DNA from: Nitrosopumilus sp.
GTDB taxonomy: Archaea > Thermoproteota > Nitrososphaeria > Nitrososphaerales > Nitrosopumilaceae
Direction of reading: 5' to 3'
DNA: 64,000 nucleotides
NCBI GenBank assembly: GCA_965214775.1
Contig: OZ243974.1
Location: 2,400,001 to 2,464,000 of the forward strand
Shown in pieces: positions 1 to 9,057 of this stretch. Within the stretch, counting starts at the first letter, position 1; each line of letters opens with the position of its first letter. Below the pieces are notes generated by a model, which saw only the letters and a program-made list of their open reading frames with translations, ran no database searches and was not told the origin of the DNA. A program made the translations under genes and the position numbers.

Positions 1-1332
1 TACGTATTCGTTTCTCAATACCCCTACACGTAATTTGCCGAATTTAAGATAGTCTGCGGTTTGAATCATTACGTCAGATAATGACAAATCCTTCAACACC
101 CTTTTTGTGAACAGATCAATTCTGCTTCCATTGGGATGGACAAGTATCTCGTCAGGATATAGACGCAAGTCTTCTTGCGAATATTCGGTTTCGATTATTT
201 TTTCATACGCTAATTTTTCAGTAAGCACTTTACAAAGAATTTCAAAGTCCGATGGTTTTTCAACTATCAGGTCGCAATCCTTGGTGACTGCCTTTAGCTT
301 TTTTAATCTCATATTTTCCCCGCCCATAAGAAATATCTGTAAGGGCTCGGCAAGACTGCTTCCTATGTCTTCAAATAGTGACGGTGCAGGTGTCGGTATG
401 ACATACTGTTCGGGCTTTATCTCGTATAGTTCTGCCTTTGATACAAATTCATTCCATGGGAGAAATAGGCTTTCATTTTTTAATTTTTGTCTTCTAATAT
501 ATCCTTCAACATCCAACCATGTGGATGATATCCCAAAAGACGATGCAGTTTCCCTTAGCCGCTTGACATCAACCCTGTTTTTATTATGGATATAAAATAC
601 TGCAGACATGATTAAGCCCATTTTGTCATTGGCCTTGAACGATGCCAATACCGAATGAATGATTATGTCGTGAATGTCCAGGGGCTCATCTTGTTTGACA
701 TAGTAATCATATGGGGATTCATACATTATTCCATTGTTCGTAAAAACAGAAAAAGCAGTCAGCTCTCCTTCGGTTATTTTTCCTTTTGTAACTTTTCTGA
801 CAATTTTTTCCTTATCTGCATAGAGTACTTCCGCATCAGACTCGTAGAATCTTTCTCTTTCAGTTCTTAAGATTCTTGCAAAATCGACTAGTTCGGTTTT
901 AGATGCGTCTATGTGCATTCTTTCAGGTGTTTTACCTGTGTGATTTTCATTCCTGCGGATTTCTTTTCGTATTATTCCAATTGCTTCAAGATCGGAGATT
1001 GCACGATAAACTGTAGATGTTGACAATCCCGTATTGGTTACAATCTCATTAATGGTCAGCGGGTCAATTAGATACGAAAATACAAGTTCATTGGAATCCC
1101 GCAAAAGATTTACCAAATTCCATTTCTGGGATATTTTTTTGAGCAGTATTGTTTTTGCACTTTCCTGTAATGCTATCGTCTTGCCTTCTTTTTTGATATA
1201 CCCGTCTTGAAGCAGTTTTTTTACTACCTCGTTGAATTGACATGTTTTTACTTTACTAATCTTCTTTAATGCTGCAATATCATGTGTGTTGTTGATGATT
1301 GCCTTGACTAAAGATATTGATGTACTATTCAT
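1..1332 (-). CDS. wHTH protein fused to DUF6036/AbiEii-like nucleotidyltransferase (3' end runs off window)
   Basis: Manually translated open frame from ATG at 1332 to base 1 (absent from ORF track). HTH 'LTINEIVTNTGLSTSTVYRAISDLEAIGII'; C-terminal NTase motif 'IFLMGGENMRLKKLKAVTKDCDLIV...RIDLF'. Confidence 0.75.
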   Translation of the reverse strand, partial: MNSTSISLVKAIINNTHDIAALKKISKVKTCQFNEVVKKLLQDGYIKKEGKTIALQESAKTILLKKISQKWNLVNLLRDSNELVFSYLIDPLTINEIVTNTGLSTSTVYRAISDLEAIGIIRKEIRRNENHTGKTPERMHIDASKTELVDFARILRTERERFYESDAEVLYADKEKIVRKVTKGKITEGELTAFSVFTNNGIMYESPYDYYVKQDEPLDIHDIIIHSVLASFKANDKMGLIMSAVFYIHNKNRVDVKRLRETASSFGISSTWLDVEGYIRRQKLKNESLFLPWNEFVSKAELYEIKPEQYVIPTPAPSLFEDIGSSLAEPLQIFLMGGENMRLKKLKAVTKDCDLIVEKPSDFEILCKVLTEKLAYEKIIETEYSQEDLRLYPDEILVHPNGSRIDLFTKRVLKDLSLSDVMIQTADYLKFGKLRVGVLRNEYV

Positions 1333-1550
1333 TTAATATCATTAAAACATAATTATATATAACGATTTATGATTTAATGATACTGATATAATAATACAAA
1401 ATAAACAGATGTGTTTGCTTTATCCACTTGAAAGCATTGGGCTGCCCTTCCTCACTTCCTCCTTTCCTACCACCATGTCTCCATATATGGCTGTTCTATC
1501 CCTCATCTCACGTCCAAACATTAGTCTGATGCGACCCACCGTAACCATAT

Positions 1551-2678
1551 GTGTCTCAAAAACAAAATTCAGATGGTGCCAAGATAAATGGCAATGCAAA
1601 CAAACAGATTACCGCAAAAAAGAGGATACATGTGAAATCAAAGACTGTACAAATACAACAACAACAGCAGTATGTCGGCCTGGACGTGCACAAGAATTTC
1701 ATCCAGGTCGCGGTGATGGACAAGGGCGGCAAGATGCTGAGTAACACAAGAGTCGACAACAATGACGACGAGATAAGAAAGATATTTTCAGGGATTCCAA
1801 AGAATGCAAAGTGCGTCATGGAGTCCTCTTCAGTATGGTACGGGCTGTTCAGGTTCATTTCAGACAGTCTCAAAAGGGACGTGATCCTCTCAAACCCGTT
1901 TGAGACCAAGGCCATTGCCACATCAAAGAAAAAGACAGACAAGGTCGACGCGCAGATTCTGGCAGATCTTCTCAGGGGAGGATACATATCTGCATGTTAC
2001 GTTCCCTCCGGCAAGACGGTACAGAACAGGCAGCTGACCAGGCACCGCGCAAAGACGATACAGTCAAGGACCGTACTAAAGAACCAGATACACGCAATAC
2101 TGCTGCAAAACAGGATACAGGTAAATGGGGATCCGTTCTCCAGACCGTGGATCTCAAGGGTGAGAGATCTGGACAACTTTAGGATAAATGACAAATTAAG
2201 CATAATTGACTCTATAAACGACAGAATAGTAGGCATTGACATGCGCATCAAGAGCGCAGTTGCCGACAATCCGGATGCAGTATTACTGCAGACGATTCCC
2301 GGGTTTGGCAGCTACACTGCACTGACCATGGCATCAGAGATAGACGGCGTTGACAGGTTTGCCGACTCACACAAGCTGTGCGCGTATGCCGGAATGGTGC
2401 CGTCTGTGAGAAACTCTGCAGACACCATCCACCATGGAAGGATAACAAAGAGGGGCAGCCCCATGATGAGGTGGCTCCTAGTGGAGTCAGTACACAGCCA
2501 CGTAAGACATGCGCCGTCAGACTCGCCGATATCTGTCTTTTACAAGAGGGTTGCAAAGAAGAGGGGAACGTCCAAGGCCGCAGTGGCTGCCGCATCCAAG
2601 ATGCTGCGCATATCATACTGGATGCTAAAGAAGAGGATGACCTTCAAGCAGTGCATAGGAGATGCGTGTGTGAAATGA
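1551..2678 (+). CDS. IS110 family transposase/recombinase
   Basis: VGLDVHK, MESS, KTDKVDA (DEDD RuvC-like); IPGFG, AYAGMVPSVRNS, GRITKRG motifs. Confidence 0.95.
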   Translation: MSQKQNSDGAKINGNANKQITAKKRIHVKSKTVQIQQQQQYVGLDVHKNFIQVAVMDKGGKMLSNTRVDNNDDEIRKIFSGIPKNAKCVMESSSVWYGLFRFISDSLKRDVILSNPFETKAIATSKKKTDKVDAQILADLLRGGYISACYVPSGKTVQNRQLTRHRAKTIQSRTVLKNQIHAILLQNRIQVNGDPFSRPWISRVRDLDNFRINDKLSIIDSINDRIVGIDMRIKSAVADNPDAVLLQTIPGFGSYTALTMASEIDGVDRFADSHKLCAYAGMVPSVRNSADTIHHGRITKRGSPMMRWLLVESVHSHVRHAPSDSPISVFYKRVAKKRGTSKAAVAAASKMLRISYWMLKKRMTFKQCIGDACVK

Positions 2679-2699
2679 ATGTTGGTATTACCATTACAG

Positions 2700-2913
2700 T
2701 TAGAACTTTAATCTGCGTTAACCTAGTTGAGGGCGATCCTCGTTTTGTAACTGCAGAATGGTTCTGACAAATGGATGAAGAATGGTGCTGAGGGAGATCC
2801 TCGTATAGATAAGTGTCCGACCTTCATTTTGGAATTGTCAGGAAAGACCCCCAGCCAAAGCCATGCCTCACAACACCGTTGCGCGTGGAATCCTTATAAA
2901 CGTGACACATAGA
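2700..2913 (+). ncRNA. Putative bridge/seek RNA of IS110 copy 1 (also present in copies 2 and 3)
   Basis: Two loops capped by GAGGG(C/A)GATCCTC hairpins; stems TCTGC/GCAGA, CTGACAA/TTGTCAG, ATGAAG/CTTCAT; loop arms match IS ends and flanks. Transcript boundaries unknown. Confidence 0.7.
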
Positions 2914-3082
2914 TAACTGCAGAATGGTTCTGACAAATGGATGAAGAATGGTGCTGAGGGAGATCCTCGTATAGATAAGTGTCCGACCTTCATTTTGGAA
3001 TTGTCAGGAAAGACCCCCAGCCAAAGCCATGCCTCACAACACCGTTGCGCGTGGAATCCTTATAAACGTGACACATAGATAA
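2748..3082. repeat. 166-bp direct tandem duplication of the IS110 3' end
   Basis: 2748-2913 is repeated at 2914-3079. Confidence 0.95.
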
Positions 3083-3195
3083 TAGGTTAGCCCTTGCCTA
3101 GGCAGCAATCAGGCATGAATCTGCCTCTAGTTACGATTTTCATGCCTGAACAGACGGGGGTGTGACTTTAACTCTAGGCAGGGGCTAACCTGTTA
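3080..3195. repeat. Palindromic MITE-like element between the inverted IS110 copies
   Basis: TIR AGGTTAGCCC(T/C)TGCCTAG at both ends; inner TCAGGCATGAA/TTCATGCCTGA. Confidence 0.75.
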
Positions 3196-4570
3196 TCTAT
3201 GTGTCATGTTTATAAGGATTCCACGCGCAACGGTGTTGTGAGGCATGGCTTTGGCTGGGGGTCTTTCCTGACAATTCCAAAATGAAGGTCGGACATTTAT
3301 CTATACGAGGATCTCCCTCAGCACCATTCTTCATCCATTTATCAGAACCATTCTGCAGTTACAAAACGAGGATCGCCCTCAACTAGGTTAACGCAGATTA
3401 AAGTTCTAACTGTAATGGTAATACCAACATTCATTTCACACACGCATCTCCTATGCACTGCTTGAAGGTCATCCTCTTCTTTAGCATCCAGTATGATATG
3501 CGCAGCATCTTGGATGCGGCAGCCACTGCGGCCTTGGACATTCCCCTCTTCTTTGCAACCCTCTTGTAAAAGACAGATATCGGCGAGTCTGACGGCGCAT
3601 GTCTTACGTGGCTGTGTACTGACTCCACCAGGAGCCACCTCATCATGGGGCTGCCCCTCTTTGTTATCCTTCCATGGTGAATGGTGTCTGCAGAGTTTCT
3701 CACAGACGGCACCATTCCGGCATACGCGCACAGCTTGTGTGAGTCGGCAAACCTGTCAACGCCGTCTATCTCTGATGCCATGGTCAGTGCAGTGTAGCTG
3801 CCAAACCCGGGAATCGTCTGCAGTAAGACTGCATCCGGACTGTCGGCAACCGCGCTCTTGATGCGCATGTCAATGCCTACTATCCTGTCGTTTATGGAGT
3901 CAATTATGCTTAATTTGTCATTTATCCTAAAGTTGTCCAGATCTCTCACCCTTGAGATCCACGGTCTGGAGAACGGATCCCCATTTACCTGTATCCTGTT
4001 TTGCAGCAGTATTGCGTGTATCTGGTTCTTTAGTACGGTCCTTGACTGTATCGTCTTTGCGCGGTGCCTGGTCAGCTGCCTGTTCTGTACAGTCTTGCCG
4101 GAGGGAACGTAGCATGCAGATATGTATCCTCCCCTGAGAAGATCTGCCAGAATCTGCGCGTCGACCTTGTCTGTCTTTTTCTTTGATGTGGCAATGACCT
4201 TGGTCTCAAACGGGTTTGAGAGGATCACGTCCCTTTTGAGACTGTCTGAAATGAACCTGAACAGCCCGTACCATACTGAAGAGGACTCCATGACGCACTT
4301 TGCATTCTTTGGAATCCCTGCAAATATCTTTCTTATCTCGTCGTCATTGTTGTCGACTCTTGTGTTGCTCAGCACCTTGCCGCCCTTGTCCATCACCGCG
4401 ACCTGGATGAAATTCTTGTGCACGTCCAGGCCGACATACTGCTGCTGTTGTTGTTGTATTTGTACAGTCTTTGATTTCACATGTATCCTCTTTTTTGCGG
4501 TAATCTGTTTGTTTGCATTGCCATTTATCTTGGCACCATCTGAATTTTGTTTTTGAGACACATATGGTTA
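3194..4570 (-). mobile_element. IS110 family (IS1111-like) element, copy 2
   Basis: Near-identical to copy 1, inverted; single 3' non-coding region. Confidence 0.9.
3431..4561 (-). CDS. IS110 family transposase/recombinase
   Basis: Differs from 1551..2678 by a few substitutions and one extra Gln. Confidence 0.95.
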   Translation of the reverse strand: MSQKQNSDGAKINGNANKQITAKKRIHVKSKTVQIQQQQQQYVGLDVHKNFIQVAVMDKGGKVLSNTRVDNNDDEIRKIFAGIPKNAKCVMESSSVWYGLFRFISDSLKRDVILSNPFETKVIATSKKKTDKVDAQILADLLRGGYISACYVPSGKTVQNRQLTRHRAKTIQSRTVLKNQIHAILLQNRIQVNGDPFSRPWISRVRDLDNFRINDKLSIIDSINDRIVGIDMRIKSAVADSPDAVLLQTIPGFGSYTALTMASEIDGVDRFADSHKLCAYAGMVPSVRNSADTIHHGRITKRGSPMMRWLLVESVHSHVRHAPSDSPISVFYKRVAKKRGMSKAAVAAASKMLRISYWMLKKRMTFKQCIGDACVK

Positions 4571-4609
4571 CAGTCCGTTTACACATCATCAAAATCTGCC
4601 AATCTCGAA

Positions 4610-6385
4610 TCAACCTTCTGCGGGGCTAACCTGCACCCACGCGCCGTCCCGGATCTGCCACACTGCATAGTCCGTACGCAGCCTGTCTCCTGCATCGTTA
4701 AACTCGATGTTGCTTCCGCTTGCACCATCGTACTCTTGCGCCACCGAGACGATCCCGTCTGCCACGTCCGGCGCAAAGCCGGTCTGGCCGTCAAGTACTG
4801 CCTCTCCTATCAGTCGCATGGCATCATACGCAAAGAACGCATACACGCTTGGCTGCCTGCCGAGGACCTCGACGAGCCGCGCCTCCACGTCTTCTGTCAC
4901 GTCGCCGTACGGAACGGTGGGCTGGACGGATGTAAACTCCACGGCCTCTGCAAACCGCAGTGCCTCCGCACTGCCTGCCGGTACCGTGTTGGCATCGGCG
5001 CCAAACCATCTGACGCCTGCCAGCACATCATGCTTTGTGGCCTCCTCTAAAAAGTCATAGGTCTCCTCAAAGCCTATAAACAGGACTGCGACCTTGTCTG
5101 CGCCATGGATGCCGACCTGTCCGGACACTGTCTCTGAGAGCATCCAAATGTGTTGATCAAACTGGCCTGATGCGTCATACAGCACAGGCTCTGAGAACAT
5201 AACTGTTCCTTCTCCATTCTCCTCCTCTACGTCTGCCATGTGTCTCTCATCGGACTCGGGTGATGTATCTGCCTCGACAAACGCCATACCTGTGTTGTCA
5301 ATGAGATCAGTAACCCATATGCCGTCCCTTCCTGCGGGAACCACGACCTTTATTCCCTCGATTGCCATCAGCCGGGCAAGCGCCTCGCCGTGGCCGCGGT
5401 GATCAGATATCATGCGCATCAGCGAGTCTCCCGCTGTGGCATAGTCTGTCACGACAGAGCAGCAACTAAAAAGCAGCATGCCGTTCTCATCGGCATAGTC
5501 TATGACATCTCTCTCAAAGATGTCAATTGAGGGGCCAACGACCAGCCGGACTCCCTGCTCCCTTAGCTCTGCCACGCCCTCCAGCTCCCTGCTGCCGTCT
5601 GTACCTGTATCGTAAACTATGACCTCAAGATACCACGGATGGCCGCCTGCCTCCAGCTTTGCGTTAAAGTCGTCGGCTGCCGTTTTTGCTGCATCTGTTA
5701 TGTCCTGGCCGTATCCTGCGGCGCCTCCGCTGATGGGTGCAAGCAGTCCCACTGTAACTGTGTGCATCTCCCAGTTCTGTATGGTCTCATAGGCTGCCAG
5801 ATCATAGCCTATCTCAGAGAGCGTTTCGTACGTGGAGGGCTTTAGACACGTGGGCATTGCAGAGTCCCTCAGAAACGGCTCCCTCGGCGCGTTGCACTGT
5901 ATGGCAGAAAGGAAGACGCCGTCCCTGTACTGCGTTGCCGGCGGGTCGTGTCGTACAGCATACGTGCCGCTGCCAAAGACGTACCCGTCATGCAGGACCA
6001 GCAGCGTGTGCTTGACCTCGTCGCGGCCGGTGGCCGGATTCAGGAACACATAGTATATCCTGGTCTCCCCGTCTGCATCAAGCTCCGCGTTTATCTGCTC
6101 TAGCGTCTTGTCCGGACGTATGCTGTCCAGCGCATTCGTACCAACAAGGGACGGATTGGTCCCGTGTGCCAGCACCAGGCCGTCCCTGCCAAGCACAAAC
6201 GGATAGTGCTCCCTGTCACTTTGCATTGTTATGGCCTCAAGTCCGGACTCTTTGTACGTCTCTATGGCAGAGATGATCTGGGCCCGCGCCGGATCCTGGT
6301 AGGCGTCTTCTGCATATGCAATGCCGCCTGCAGCAGGCATCAATGCCGCAAGTACTGCCAGCGCAACTATCACAGTCTTTTCCAA
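4610..6385 (-). CDS. Secreted Cache-like domain plus branched-chain amino acid ABC-type substrate-binding protein
   Basis: Signal peptide; 'HYPFVLG..GLVLAHG...YYVFLNPATG..EVK...YVFGSG' Cache-like; 'VGLLAPISG..AGYG', 'YAFFAYDA', 'FNDAGDR' PBP type 1. Confidence 0.8.
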   Translation of the reverse strand: MEKTVIVALAVLAALMPAAGGIAYAEDAYQDPARAQIISAIETYKESGLEAITMQSDREHYPFVLGRDGLVLAHGTNPSLVGTNALDSIRPDKTLEQINAELDADGETRIYYVFLNPATGRDEVKHTLLVLHDGYVFGSGTYAVRHDPPATQYRDGVFLSAIQCNAPREPFLRDSAMPTCLKPSTYETLSEIGYDLAAYETIQNWEMHTVTVGLLAPISGGAAGYGQDITDAAKTAADDFNAKLEAGGHPWYLEVIVYDTGTDGSRELEGVAELREQGVRLVVGPSIDIFERDVIDYADENGMLLFSCCSVVTDYATAGDSLMRMISDHRGHGEALARLMAIEGIKVVVPAGRDGIWVTDLIDNTGMAFVEADTSPESDERHMADVEEENGEGTVMFSEPVLYDASGQFDQHIWMLSETVSGQVGIHGADKVAVLFIGFEETYDFLEEATKHDVLAGVRWFGADANTVPAGSAEALRFAEAVEFTSVQPTVPYGDVTEDVEARLVEVLGRQPSVYAFFAYDAMRLIGEAVLDGQTGFAPDVADGIVSVAQEYDGASGSNIEFNDAGDRLRTDYAVWQIRDGAWVQVSPAEG

Positions 6386-6430
6386 TAGATCATGTGGGAT
6401 GTGATCTGCTTTAAGTCTTAAACATCACAA

Positions 6431-6569
6431 AAGATGACCCGAAACCGTCAAAAGCCGTACGAATTTTTCAAGTGATTTCACAGGCATCTGTATTTTGGTG
6501 GTTTTTGAGATGATATTTTGTGCAAATTCGTTCATGCACGCACTCAGACTGCCAATTTCGAATCGATTC
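6431..6569. repeat. MITE family A (ends of the IS5 element at 16770); other copies ~7181-7340, 8402-8535, 12112-12251, 12698-12853, 17932-17996 (half), 55541-55677, 60834-60970
   Basis: ~137-bp repeat with ends AGAG(A/G)TGATCCGAAATTAG and TTTCGAATCAACTCT, degenerate in some copies. Confidence 0.8.
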
Positions 6570-6590
6570 GGCAAAAACAAAAGTCTTAAT

Positions 6591-6682
6591 GTATGTGGTC
6601 ACGTCCCCTTGCGAGCTAGGCATGAAAATCATAGACATGCATGCCAACTCGTGCCTGATTGGCAGGGTAGGTGACCTCGTAC
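6591..6682. mobile_element. IS66-type MITE with 8-bp TSD
   Basis: Ends GTATGTGGTCAC...GTGACCTCGTAC flanked by GTCTTAAT on both sides; sister copy at 61743-61835. Confidence 0.85.
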
Positions 6683-6728
6683 GTCTTAATCAAACTTCGC
6701 TTGTCTGCCAATTGTGACCAGACTGCCA

Positions 6729-7013
6729 TCATTTCTGCGTTGCAAATTTCTTCCGTTCCTGGATGATCTCAATCTCTACTGTTTCAAGCGGATCCTCGAC
6801 TTGGTTTCTTTTGATCGAAAACATCTTTGGCTTTTCAAAATCATCAGTACAATCCGGACATGCATACACTAGCACCCTGTGTTCGTTTGGCGCTTTGGGA
6901 TTGGATAGTCTGGGATAGTACACCAATCTTGCCCCACAATCAACACAGTACCTGTTGGCCCTTCTGGTCCTGACCAATGCAAACCTCCTGCATTCTATAC
7001 TCTCTGCGATCAA
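6729..7013 (-). CDS. Small zinc-ribbon protein
   Basis: CVDCG...CPDC pair. Confidence 0.7.
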   Translation of the reverse strand: MIAESIECRRFALVRTRRANRYCVDCGARLVYYPRLSNPKAPNEHRVLVYACPDCTDDFEKPKMFSIKRNQVEDPLETVEIEIIQERKKFATQK

Positions 7014-7645
7014 TTATTAGATCTATGTGGTCTAATTTGATACACAAAATAGTATGAATTGACAACTGATCGGACCGGGGGTTCAGGCATGAATTTTGTT
7101 ACTGGTAAATGCCAATCAAACGGATTTTACGCCTAAAACCAGAAACGGCTTTTAGAACCTGCTGCTCAGTTGTGCAAAACAGAGGGATGATCCAAAATCA
7201 GGAACGTGCAAGCCGTTGTCTTGGTTTTTCTGTAAATTTGTCAGGCAGTTTGCCACAGATGGTTTTGCGTTTTGCTTTTTTGTTTGATGCAGGTCCGTTT
7301 TTTATGGGCGATGACCGAACTTGCCAACTTTGAATCAACTTGGGGGTTTCTGCAGTGCATCACAAAGCAAGCTGGCCTGCCTGTCAATGAACGCAAAAGG
7401 CAGCACCGGCGCTGTTGTGCCCAGTATGGAGCCGGGTTTGATCGACTGCCTTGGTTCCTGACATCTTCTTTCTTTCTTTCTTTCGTTCTTCTTTGCATCA
7501 TCCAAACCGCATCAGTTGGGTTTTGACATGCAACACCTTTTGTATTTTTTTTCCAGACCCGCACGGACACGGATCATTTCTGCCTCGTAGTGGTCATGTC
7601 GTATGGCATGTTGTCATACGGAATGTCTTTCTGCCTGTGGGGTTT

Positions 7646-8392
7646 CTAATCCCTATTGACAAAGATCTCAAGTGGATCCATTGAGACGCATCTTGTTGCT
7701 AAAATGCTTGAGTTGTTTGTGTGTTTTTCGATCAAATCATCATACTCGAAAAAGTCATTTGTGACAAACCCGCTTTCAAGCGATCTTATCAGATACTTTA
7801 AGGTGTCTGGGTCTCTCAAATCAGTCAAAGAGTCCATCAGAAAGGTTCTTTTGTCTATGTCCTGCTCTATTTGTATCGCATCACGTATCGTCTTGATGAT
7901 TTTTTGCTTTTCTTGCGGGTGTTCTAACGCGATTATGACCAGCGCACTGGCAGCACAGTATCTTGAATATATGCTGGCAGAGGACAGCGACACCACATGG
8001 CAGAGAGAATCCACTGCCTTTGGCCCCATGTATGCCAAGGCGTTTGGAATATTTTCGTTAACCTCGTTGCTATACGTTAACTTGGGATACTGAACAAGCG
8101 CCGAGTTTATTGCAGTCTGTGCCCTCTTTGTGCCAATTTTTGCAAGTATGTGCAATGCACATGTCGGGATCCCCGGCCAGTACGTACCCCAGTCGTCGTC
8201 ATGGTATCTTTGATACGTTGACATCTCTGCCAGCATCTCAAACGATCTGTCATCTTTTATTATGATCTCAAGGATCGGCCCGGGGGTACCTGTGCCGTGA
8301 AACTTTAGGTGGTCTATTGCCTCTTCCCAGTCCAATACAGAAAGATAATGTTGCAACGCTATTATTGGTTTTGATGTTGGTATCTTATTCAT
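7646..8392 (-). pseudogene. HEAT-like/DUF1186-like SEC-C protein, C-terminally truncated paralog of 13003..13872
   Basis: Aligns with 13003..13872; SEC-C remnant GRNDPCPCGSGKK lies downstream of the stop (~7530-7585) and is frameshifted in an A run. Confidence 0.75.
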
Positions 8393-8605
8393 ACCCTGAA
8401 TGGTGATCCGAAATCAGAAACCGTACGAATTTTTCAAGTAATTTCACAGATAACTTGCATTTTGTTGGTGTTTTGAGCCGTTCTATGCAAATTCGTTCAC
8501 AAATAATCAGTCTGCTAATTTCGAATCAATTCTCTATCATGATCCTCATCATCGCGTTGTATCTGTTGTCAAGGTACACGAAACGCGATTTTATTATGAT
8601 TCCGA

Positions 8606-8687
8606 GTATAACATCAGATCCTATTTATGTTGGCAAGCAAATACTTCCTAGATTCCTAGGCGGTTTAAATAGAACCTGATGTTATAC
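8606..8687. repeat. IS66-type MITE; related copy ~53542-53607
   Basis: TIR GTATAACATCAG(A/G)T(C/T)CTATTT resembles the TIR GTACAACTTCAGATCC of the IS66 at 17997. Confidence 0.75.
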
Positions 8688-8738
8688 GATCAGGGCATCA
8701 CAGGTTAGAATATAACACGAACGCAGGAAAATCATGGC

Positions 8739-9056
8739 ATGCGGGCAGATGTTGTAAAGGGAGGTCCAAAATTTGCAAAGTTTTTCAAAGGGTTAGACAT
8801 AGAATCCAAGCGATACAAAGAGATCACAGGTTCGTTTGATCTTCTAAAGGAGGATGTGTCGCGGGGAAACAGAATACCCAAGGATAGATGGCCCAAGTGC
8901 TACATCAAAGCATATGACACCAATAATTTGTACAGATATTCCCTTACAGATGGATGGCGTATGATCTATTGCATATATTCACGAGGAGGCAACATCGTAT
9001 GCAATATTTTAGAATCATTCGATCATAAAGGGTATGACAGGCGGTTTGATTACTAG
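8739..9056 (+). CDS. RelE/ParE-like toxin-fold protein
   Basis: 105 aa basic protein; 'NLYRYSLTDGWRMIYCI...DHKGYDRRF'. Confidence 0.55.
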   Translation: MRADVVKGGPKFAKFFKGLDIESKRYKEITGSFDLLKEDVSRGNRIPKDRWPKCYIKAYDTNNLYRYSLTDGWRMIYCIYSRGGNIVCNILESFDHKGYDRRFDY

Positions 9057-9057
9057 G

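Larger units (their letters stand above)
1542..3081 (+). mobile_element. IS110 family (IS1111-like) element, copy 1
   Basis: Ends TA-ACCATATGTGTC and GACACATAGA-TA shared by all three copies; subterminal IR TATGTGTC/GACACATA; long 3' non-coding region; no TSD. Confidence 0.9.
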
